From contig CAWEEG010000030.1 of assembly GCA_963808015.1 (NCBI GenBank), positions 25 through 64,024 on the forward strand: a stretch of 64,000 nt of DNA, in the 5' to 3' direction. A program made the position numbers and the translations under genes. Shown in pieces: positions 56,511 to 64,000 of this stretch (within the stretch, counting starts at the first letter, position 1; each line of letters opens with the position of its first letter). The notes beneath the pieces were generated by a model. It saw only the letters and a list, made by a program, of their open reading frames with translations. It ran no database searches and was not told where the DNA came from. Origin of the DNA: an uncultured Actinomycetota bacterium (GTDB lineage Bacteria > Actinomycetota > Acidimicrobiia > Spongiisociales > UBA5794).

Positions 56511-57280
56511 TGCTGCTCACCATCGACGTTGGAAACACCCAAGTCGCCATCGGCCTGTTCCGAGATGACGAATTGGTCGGTCATTGGAGATTCTCGACCA
56601 AGGAGCAAACGTCCGATGAGATGCGGTGGGAGCTGCTCGGTGTTCTCGCTCTTGACGGATTCACGCCGAACGACATCGGTGGTGTTGCGGTTTCGAGCGT
56701 CGTGCCGTCGATCACCGCCACCATGCGCAATGTTGCACCGGCGCTGTCGCACGGCCCGGTCCTCGTCATCGGTCCCGGCATCAAGACCGGCATGTCAATC
56801 CAGATCGACAACCCGAGGGAGGTCGGCGCCGACCGGGTCGTCAATGCGGTCGCAGCGCGGGAGCAATATGGCAGTCCGGCCATCGTGGTCGACTTCGGGA
56901 CGTCGACGAACTTCGATGTTGTCGGGCCCGACGGCGCCTACATCGGCGGAGTGATCGCTCCGGGTCTCGAGATCTCAACGCGGGCGCTGATATCCGGGAC
57001 TGCTGCGCTCCGCAGAGTTGAGTTCGTCCCGCCGCGGTCGCCGATCGGAAAGGGAACGGTCGAAGCGATCCAGAGTGGGGCCCTGTATGGGCATGCCGGC
57101 CTCGTAGATGGGATCCTCGGCCGTCTCGTCGACGAAGTCGGAGAGACAACCACCGTTGTCGCCACCGGCGGACTCGCACCTACCATCGTTCCGTACTGCC
57201 GCAACGTCGAGATCGTGGACGAGTACCTGACCCTCGACGGTCTGCGGATGATCTTCGACCGGAATCAGGAAGACCAATGA
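56510..57280 (+). CDS. coaX: Type III pantothenate kinase
   Basis: [18 protein letters not shown]-terminus; acetate/sugar-kinase fold motifs (VDFGTSTNFD, ATGG); intact. Confidence 0.85.
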   Translation: MLLTIDVGNTQVAIGLFRDDELVGHWRFSTKEQTSDEMRWELLGVLALDGFTPNDIGGVAVSSVVPSITATMRNVAPALSHGPVLVIGPGIKTGMSIQIDNPREVGADRVVNAVAAREQYGSPAIVVDFGTSTNFDVVGPDGAYIGGVIAPGLEISTRALISGTAALRRVEFVPPRSPIGKGTVEAIQSGALYGHAGLVDGILGRLVDEVGETTTVVATGGLAPTIVPYCRNVEIVDEYLTLDGLRMIFDRNQEDQ

Positions 57281-58770
57281 CGGACGACACCACGAGCGCC
57301 CAGAGCCCACAGGACGATCCGCTCGTTGCGGCGCGCATTGAGAAACACCGGAAGGTGGTTGCTGCAGGGGGGTATCCGACACGGTTCGACCGCACCGACC
57401 TCGCATCGGAACTCCACGACCGCTACGTCGACCTCGAACCCGGCGCCGAGACCGGAGTCGAGGCTACGGTCGCCGGGCGGCTCATGAACGTGCGCGACAT
57501 GGGGAAACTCGCATTCGGCGTGCTCCAGGACGTATCCGGGAGAATCCAGCTGTTCGTGAGCGTGTCGGTGCTCGGAGCGGACGGTTTTGAGGACTTCCTC
57601 GACCTCGACGCAGGCGACTGGATCGGCGCCACCGGGGAGATCATTGCGACGAAGAAGGGTGAACTCAGCGTCCGCGTATCGTCGGTGACACTCCTGTCGA
57701 AGGCGCTCCGTCCATTGCCGGAGAAGTGGCATGGGCTCAAGGACGTCGAGGCTCGATCGCGGCAGCGGTACGTCGACCTGATGGTCAACGCCGATTCGAG
57801 GAAGACGGCGCTCGTTCGAGCGAAGGTGGTCTCCGAACTCCGCCGGCAATTCGAGGACCGCGGGTTCATCGAGGTCGAGACGCCCGTTCTACTCACGCAG
57901 GCGACGGGCGCGACCGCGCGACCGTTCGAGACCCATCACAACGCCCTCGACCTCGATCTCTCGCTCCGGATCGCCACAGAGTTGTTCTTGAAGAGGCTCG
58001 TCGTCGGCGGCATCGAGCGGGTGTTTGAGATTGGCCGGATCTTCCGGAACGAGGGTGTTGACGCCACGCACAATCCAGAGTTCACGATGCTCGAGGCGTA
58101 TCAAGCGTTCGCCGACTACGAGGATGTCATGGCTCTCATCGAGGCCGTGTTCTCCGGCGTCGCCGTTGCCGCCGCGGGTACGTCGACACTGACCTACCAG
58201 GGGCGGCACCTCGACCTTTCGCCTCCATTCCGAAGGGCACGCCTCGTGGACCTCGTGTCCGAAGCGGTGGGGGAGGAGGTTTCCCTCGCAACGTCACCGG
58301 TTCGTCTTGCTGAGATTGCCGCCACGCGTGGTGTGGACATCGAGGAGTCGTGGGGCCCCGGGCGGGTTGTCTTCGAGTTGTACGAGGAACTCGCTGAAGA
58401 CGGAATCTGGGAACCAACCTTCGTGACCGACTATCCGAAGGAAGTCTCACCGCTCGCTCGATCGAGTCGCGACAATCCCGAGATCACGGAGCGGTTCGAA
58501 TTGGTGATCGCAGGCGCCGAGTACGCCAACGCGTTCTCAGAGCTGAACGATCCGTTCGATCAGCGGGAACGTTTCGAGGTGCAAGCCGCGGCGCGAGCAG
58601 CAGGTGATGATGAAGCGCACCCGGTTGACGAGGACTACCTCAGGGCGCTCGAGTATGGCCTGCCACCGACCGGAGGCCTCGGCATCGGCGTCGACCGCCT
58701 CGTGATGCTCCTCACCGACCGCAAACACATCCGGGAAGTGATCCTCTTCCCAACAATGAGGCCGGAGTGA
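57277..58770 (+). CDS. lysS: Lysyl-tRNA synthetase (class II)
   Basis: Class II motifs 1-3 (e.g. FRNEG, GLGIGVDRLVMLLT); 497 aa, intact. Confidence 0.9.
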   Translation: MTDDTTSAQSPQDDPLVAARIEKHRKVVAAGGYPTRFDRTDLASELHDRYVDLEPGAETGVEATVAGRLMNVRDMGKLAFGVLQDVSGRIQLFVSVSVLGADGFEDFLDLDAGDWIGATGEIIATKKGELSVRVSSVTLLSKALRPLPEKWHGLKDVEARSRQRYVDLMVNADSRKTALVRAKVVSELRRQFEDRGFIEVETPVLLTQATGATARPFETHHNALDLDLSLRIATELFLKRLVVGGIERVFEIGRIFRNEGVDATHNPEFTMLEAYQAFADYEDVMALIEAVFSGVAVAAAGTSTLTYQGRHLDLSPPFRRARLVDLVSEAVGEEVSLATSPVRLAEIAATRGVDIEESWGPGRVVFELYEELAEDGIWEPTFVTDYPKEVSPLARSSRDNPEITERFELVIAGAEYANAFSELNDPFDQRERFEVQAAARAAGDDEAHPVDEDYLRALEYGLPPTGGLGIGVDRLVMLLTDRKHIREVILFPTMRPE

Positions 58771-58843
58771 CCCGAGACCTGAGACACGAGACATGAGGCA
58801 CAGGTACGTGTCTGGCGTCTCGGGTCTAGCGTCTCGGGTCTGC
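58771..58843. repeat. GAGAC-unit repeat element, locus D: direct units cccgagacctgagacacgagac then inverted gtgtctggcgtctcgggtctagcgtctcgggtc; between convergent lysS and polyprenyl synthase
   Basis: Read directly; the lysS stop TGA abuts the first unit. Confidence 0.85.
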
Positions 58844-58847
58844 CTAC

Positions 58848-59787
58848 TCATCTTCTTGCTGCTTCTACTCGGTCGAGGATGTAGGAATCGAGGTTGCGGA
58901 GGACCGGTCGCAGCGAGCTGTCGGGGATTCGATCGGAGGCGCGTTCCGCCAGGGCCATGTGGGTCATGGCCTCGTCGATGACTTGGTCGACGAAACCTCC
59001 GGACGCGGTGAGTTCGATAACCCGATCGATAACCGCACGGTCGGTGGGGGCACCGTTGGAGAGGAGATCTCGAATCTCAGAACCATGCGGACCGTCCGCG
59101 GCGTACAGCACCGGCAGGGTGTAGACACCCTCTCCGATGTCCGAGCCCGCGGGCTTCCCGAGGAACTCGTCGTCGGCGATCAGGTCGAGAACGTCGTCGG
59201 TCATCTGGAACACGAGACCCATCTCCCAGGCCCATTCGCTGATCGCATCAACCGTCTCGGTGTCGGCGCCGGCGGTCAGCGCGCCGAGCCTGGCCGATGT
59301 TCGAATCAGGCTGGCGGTCTTGCCGCCGATCACCCGGAAGTAGCCGTCGGCGCCATGGTCGAGACCGGTGGCAAAACGCAGCTCGGCGATCTGCCCTTCG
59401 CAGAGACGAGCGTAGGTTTGGGCGATGAGGGCGACGGCTTCTTCGCCGAGCGGGGCCGCAACCTCGGATGCCCGTGCGAGCAAGAAGTCTCCTGCCAGGA
59501 TCGCGATCGTGTTCGACCAGTTCTCGTTCACCGAAACCTCGCCGCGGCGCGACTCAGCTTCATCGATGACATCGTCGTGATAGAGAGATCCGACGTGAAC
59601 CAACTCGACGGAGACGCCGGCTTCAACGGGTCCGCCGCCGTTGCTGGGGCCGAACTCCGCGGCGACCTGCGCGAGCAAGGGCCGATAACGTTTCCCGCCG
59701 GCCCGAAGCAGGTGTTGGGCGATGTCCGTGAGGAATTCGTCGTCCGATTCTGTGACTTCGAGCAGGCGCCGCTCTACCGCTTCCATG
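58848..59787 (-). CDS. Polyprenyl diphosphate synthase (trans-isoprenyl transferase)
   Basis: FARM LYHDDVIDEAESRRG and SARM MTDDVLD aspartate-rich motifs; 313 aa. Confidence 0.85.
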
Positions 59788-60003
59788 CGTTCCCACACAC
59801 GGGGGACGGGCACGAGATCGCTGAGAATTGGCCGATCCACTGGTCTCCAAGAGCTGTCGGGAATTCGGATGGTACCCCTGGTGTTTGCAGAACCATGAGC
59901 CGGAACGTCCGGTTTGACAACCCGGGTCTTACCGACACCCCGTCCTATACTCGATGAGGCGCTCGGGGAACCCGGCGCCATCGTTACATCATGAGGTAGT
60001 GCC

Positions 60004-62511
60004 TTGTTCGAACGGTTTACCGATAGGGCCCGCAGGGTCGTAGTCCTCGCCCAAGAAGAGGCGCGGCTGCTCAACCACAACTACATCGGGACGGAGCACA
60101 TCCTCCTTGGCCTGATCCACGAAGGTGAAGGTGTCGCAGCCCGCGCGCTCGAGAGTATGGGGATCAGCCTCGAGTCGGTGCGCAGCCAGGTTGTCGAGAT
60201 CATCGGCCAGGGATCACAAGCCCCGAGCGGTCACATTCCGTTCACCCCCCGCGCCAAGAAGGTCCTCGAGCTGTCGTTGCGCGAAGCGCTGCAGCTCGGA
60301 CACAACTACATCGGCACGGAGCACATCCTCCTCGGCCTCATCCGCGAGGGTGAGGGTGTCGCCGCCCAGGTGCTCCAGCAGCTCGGCGCCGACCTGCACA
60401 AGGTGCGCCAGACGGTGATCCAGCTTCTCTCCGGTGTCCAGGGTGAAGAGGCGGCGCCCGCCGGTCATCCCGGTGGAAGCGGTCGCGCAGAGTCGACCGG
60501 GGCCTCGAGCAGTGGCTCAACCGTGCTCGACCAGTTCGGGCGGAACCTCACCCAACTCGCACGTGATCGGAAACTCGACCCGGTGATCGGGCGCTCCACG
60601 GAGATCGAGCGCGTCATGCAGGTTCTGTCCCGTAGGACGAAGAACAACCCGGTTCTGATCGGCGAACCGGGTGTCGGCAAGACGGCCATTGTGGAAGGGC
60701 TTGCTCAGAAGATTGTGGACGGCAACGTTCCGGACACGCTCACCGACAAACACCTCTACACCCTGGATCTGGGTGCACTCGTCGCCGGCTCTCGCTACCG
60801 CGGCGACTTCGAAGAACGCCTGAAGAAGGTTCTCAAAGAGATCCGGACTCGCGGCGACATCATCCTGTTCATCGATGAGATCCACACGCTCGTCGGCGCG
60901 GGCGCCGCCGAGGGGGCGATCGACGCAGCGAGCATCCTCAAGCCGATGTTGGCCAGGGGAGAGCTCCAGACGGTCGGGGCAACCACGCTCGAGGAATACC
61001 GCAAGTACCTCGAGAAGGACTCGGCTCTCGAACGGCGGTTCCAGCCCATCCAGGTGGAGGAGCCGACCGTCGCCGACACCATCAAGATCCTCGAAGGCCT
61101 TCGAGATTCCTACGAGGACCATCACCGTGTGCGGTTCACCGACCAGTCGCTCGTCAACGCAGCGAATCTCGCCGATCGCTATATCGCCGACCGGTTCCTT
61201 CCCGACAAGGCCATCGACCTGATCGACGAGGCCGGCAGCCGGATGCGCCTGAAGCGCAAAGACCTTCCCCTCGACGTTCGCGACATCGACGAGCAGATCT
61301 CGAAGTTGCGTGGAGACAAGCGCGACGCCGTCTACGCCCAGCAATACGAGCGGGCCGCCAAGATCCGGGACCAAGAACGCGTGCTGATGGATGAACGCTC
61401 TGAGTTCGAGACGCAGGGCACGGCGATCGGCGAGGACTACTCGGCGGTCATCGATGAGGAGCAGATCGCCGAGGTGCTGGCTCAGTGGACGGGGATTCCG
61501 GTTCACCGCCTCACCGAAGAAGAGACCGAGCGGCTACTCAAGATGGAGGACGAACTCCACAAGCGCATCGTCGGCCAGCACGACGCGATCGAAGCGGTCT
61601 CGAAGGCAATCCGCCGCACCCGTGCCGGGTTGAAGGATCCGAAACGTCCAGCCGGGTCGTTCATCTTCCTCGGGCCATCGGGCGTCGGGAAGACCGAATC
61701 GGCGAAGGCGCTCACCAGCTTCTTGTTCGGCGACGAGGACGCACTGATCCAGATCGACATGTCGGAGTACATGGAGAAGCACGCGGTGAGCCGCCTCGTC
61801 GGTTCACCTCCCGGCTACGTCGGCTACGACGAGGGTGGGCAGCTCACCGAAGCCGTGAGGCGCAAGCCGTTCTCGGTGGTCCTCTTCGACGAGATCGAGA
61901 AGGCCCATCAGGACGTATTCAACATCCTGCTGCAGATCCTCGAAGACGGTCGACTGACCGATTCGCAAGGGCGTACGGTCGACTTCAAGAACACCGTCAT
62001 CATCATGACGTCGAATCTCGGGACGGCCGATCTCCGCAAGAAGGCAATCGGGTTCACCACCGACGACGAAGAGGTCAACTACGACCGCATGCGCGAGCGG
62101 GTCGTTGAATCGCTGAAGAAGCACTTCCGACCTGAGTTCCTGAACCGGATCGACGAAGTGATCGTCTTCCACGAACTCACGAAGGAAGAGGTCAAGACCA
62201 TCGTCGACCTCCTTATCGCTCGGGTGCGAACGCAGCTCGAGTCGCAGGCGATCGATCTGGCCCTCTCGGATGCGGCGAAGACCCGTCTGGCCGAGAAGGG
62301 CTACGACCCGCAGTTGGGGGCACGTCCATTGCGGCGTGCGATCCAGCGCCTGCTCGAGGATCCGCTCTCAGAGCGGGTGCTCCATCGTGAGTTCCCCGCC
62401 GGCTCGACGGTTCTCGTCGACATCGACGAAGAAGACGACGAACGTCTCTCCTTCGTATCGATCGAGACCCCGGACCAACCCCCGGTGGAACTCGCCGACA
62501 ACGAGCGGTAG
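60004..62511 (+). CDS. clpC: ATP-dependent Clp protease ATP-binding subunit ClpC
   Basis: Double Clp-N repeat; two AAA modules ([15 protein letters not shown]; GPSGVGKTE); UVR-like linker; 835 aa, intact. Confidence 0.95.
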   Translation: MFERFTDRARRVVVLAQEEARLLNHNYIGTEHILLGLIHEGEGVAARALESMGISLESVRSQVVEIIGQGSQAPSGHIPFTPRAKKVLELSLREALQLGHNYIGTEHILLGLIREGEGVAAQVLQQLGADLHKVRQTVIQLLSGVQGEEAAPAGHPGGSGRAESTGASSSGSTVLDQFGRNLTQLARDRKLDPVIGRSTEIERVMQVLSRRTKNNPVLIGEPGVGKTAIVEGLAQKIVDGNVPDTLTDKHLYTLDLGALVAGSRYRGDFEERLKKVLKEIRTRGDIILFIDEIHTLVGAGAAEGAIDAASILKPMLARGELQTVGATTLEEYRKYLEKDSALERRFQPIQVEEPTVADTIKILEGLRDSYEDHHRVRFTDQSLVNAANLADRYIADRFLPDKAIDLIDEAGSRMRLKRKDLPLDVRDIDEQISKLRGDKRDAVYAQQYERAAKIRDQERVLMDERSEFETQGTAIGEDYSAVIDEEQIAEVLAQWTGIPVHRLTEEETERLLKMEDELHKRIVGQHDAIEAVSKAIRRTRAGLKDPKRPAGSFIFLGPSGVGKTESAKALTSFLFGDEDALIQIDMSEYMEKHAVSRLVGSPPGYVGYDEGGQLTEAVRRKPFSVVLFDEIEKAHQDVFNILLQILEDGRLTDSQGRTVDFKNTVIIMTSNLGTADLRKKAIGFTTDDEEVNYDRMRERVVESLKKHFRPEFLNRIDEVIVFHELTKEEVKTIVDLLIARVRTQLESQAIDLALSDAAKTRLAEKGYDPQLGARPLRRAIQRLLEDPLSERVLHREFPAGSTVLVDIDEEDDERLSFVSIETPDQPPVELADNER

Positions 62512-62562
62512 CCGACGCCCCGGCCGCGGATCGTATGCGTGCCAGCTTCGGGTCGAGCCGGG

Positions 62563-62590
62563 GCTCGAGTCTCAAGTCTCATGCTCTCGG
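62563..62590. repeat. GAGAC-unit repeat, locus E (two inverted-orientation units gagtctcaagtctc) downstream of clpC
   Basis: Read directly. Confidence 0.6.
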
Positions 62591-62702
62591 CCGCCGCTTC
62601 GGCGTGCCGCGATGGCCCATGACGCTGGCGGATCCCCTAGACTTCACGTGTTGCACCCGTGGGTAGGTGTGCAGCAGATTCAACCAGAGAAAGGTTCGAT
62701 CC

Positions 62703-63924
62703 ATGACCGGATTGAAGAAGCGCGGGGGCTTGTTTGTACTCCTCCTCGCATTCGCACTGATCGTTGCTGCGTGCAGTAGCGACAGCGACGACACGACAAC
62801 AACAGCGGCCGGTGGCGATGAGACCACAACGACCGCTGCTGAAGAGACCACGACAACCGCCGGTGGCGAAGAGACCACGACGACCGCCGGTGAAGAGACC
62901 ACGACCACGGAAGCGATGGCGTTCGAGGGCGAACCGATCAAGACCTGCTTGGTGACCGACCTTGCCGGCGTCGACGATCGAAGCTTCAACGCCAGTGCGT
63001 GGGCCGGTGTTCAGGCTGCGATGGATGCCGGATTCGCAACGGACGACTCGTTCTTCCTCGAGTCCACCGATGCTTCCGACTGGCAGCCGAACATCGATCA
63101 GATGGTCAGCCAGGGTTGTCAGCACATCGTGACCGTCGGCTTCGCTCTCGGCGAGGTCACGGCCATCAATGCGCAGGCGAACCCGGACATCATCTTCTCG
63201 ATGGTGGATAACGTCCTGACCGACGAGAACTTCGCGCCGCTCGCACTGCCGAACGTGCGTGAGCTCGTGTACCAGACCGACCAAGCTGCGTTCGCTGCGG
63301 GTTATCTCTCCGCTGGTGTCAGCGAGACGGGTGTGCTCTGCACATACGGCGGGGCGAACTTCCCGACCGTCGCCATCTTCATGGATGGCTTCACGCGGGG
63401 TGCGGCGCACTACAACGAGGTCAAGGGAACCGACGTGCAGGTGCTCGGCTGGGACGTCGAGGCCCAGGATGGGCTCTTCACCGGCAGCTTCACCGACATG
63501 GACCTTGCACGGAGCACGGCTGAGAGCCTGTTCCAGGAGAACTGCGACATCATCATCCCCGTCGGCGGCGCAATCAACCTGCCGGCAGGTGACGCGATCA
63601 ACGACTCGGGCATCAACGGCCGCTCTTGTTGGCGTCGACGCCGACGCGTACTTCGCGATGGATGAGCAGTACCAGTCGTTGTGGCTCACCACGGTCGAGA
63701 AGGCCATCGGGCCGCTCGTCACACTTTCGGTGCAGCAGCAGGCTGAGGGTTCATGGACCGCCGGCGCGTTCGTCGGCAACCTGGAAAACGACGGCGTCGG
63801 GCTCTCCGAGTACCACGACTGGGATGCCATGGTGTCCGACGAGCTGAAGGCTGAAGTCGAGCAACTGCTCCAGGACATCAAGGATGGCGCGATCAAGGCC
63901 GACTACGTCCCTGTTGGGTACTAG
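62703..63924 (+). CDS. BMP-family (PnrA-like) ABC-transporter substrate-binding lipoprotein with a Thr-rich repeat linker, 1 frameshift
   Basis: Lipobox LIVAACSSDS; (E)ETTTTA(G)G linker x4; BMP-family blocks; C-terminus in frame 63259..63924. Confidence 0.7.
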
Positions 63925-63953
63925 TCGACACCGTTGATCCAATCGAAATAGCG

Positions 63954-63983
63954 AGTGGGCCCCCGCATCTGCGGGGGCCCACT
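63954..63983 (+). terminator. Hairpin (12-13-bp GC stem gtgggcccccgc / gcgggggcccac) downstream of the BMP lipoprotein gene
   Basis: Perfect inverted repeat read directly. Confidence 0.55.
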
Positions 63984-64000
63984 TCGCGTGCGTCGGCGCG

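Overview
High-GC (~68%) actinobacterial chromosomal segment. Gene order matches a typical Actinomycetota housekeeping region (ftsH-folP-folK...panC-coaX-lysS...clpC) plus several accessory modules. (1) pepN followed by a histidine-utilisation cluster (hutH-hutU-hutI). (2) leuCD on the minus strand. (3) A complete Tad/Flp pilus locus: degenerate CpaE-like, tadA, tadB, tadC, flp and two TadE-like pseudopilins, plus adjacent secreted proteins. (4) A three-gene operon of an Hpt-REC-REC phosphorelay protein, a membrane-anchored HEAT-repeat protein and a PgaC/IcaA-like processive GT2 synthase, convergent with an LCP protein. I consider this the most likely candidate for an undescribed system: a phosphorelay-controlled synthase-dependent exopolysaccharide module. 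(5) hppA proton-pumping pyrophosphatase, a tandem histidine-phosphatase protein, a GT4 glycosyltransferase and topA-tmk-holB-plsC. (6) A lipoprotein / M23 peptidase / degraded DUF222-HNH endonuclease islet next to tRNA-Thr. (7) sigH-like ECF sigma, its ZAS anti-sigma and cydABDC. (8) DUF2342 protease, tilS, hpt, ftsH, folP, a DSP-like phosphatase, folK, a DUF2520 Rossmann protein, panC, coaX, lysS, a polyprenyl synthase, clpC and a BMP-family lipoprotein. Two pervasive non-genic signals stand out. (a) A family of GAGAC-unit tandem and inverted repeats sits at the 3' ends of five genes. (b) About 60 reading-frame breaks occur, almost all +1 in direction, inside otherwise well-conserved and often essential genes (ftsH, panC, folK, tilS, leuC, cydC with six). 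These most likely reflect single-base insertion errors in the assembly rather than true pseudogenes, but this needs read-level confirmation. All coordinates of frameshifted genes are approximate.
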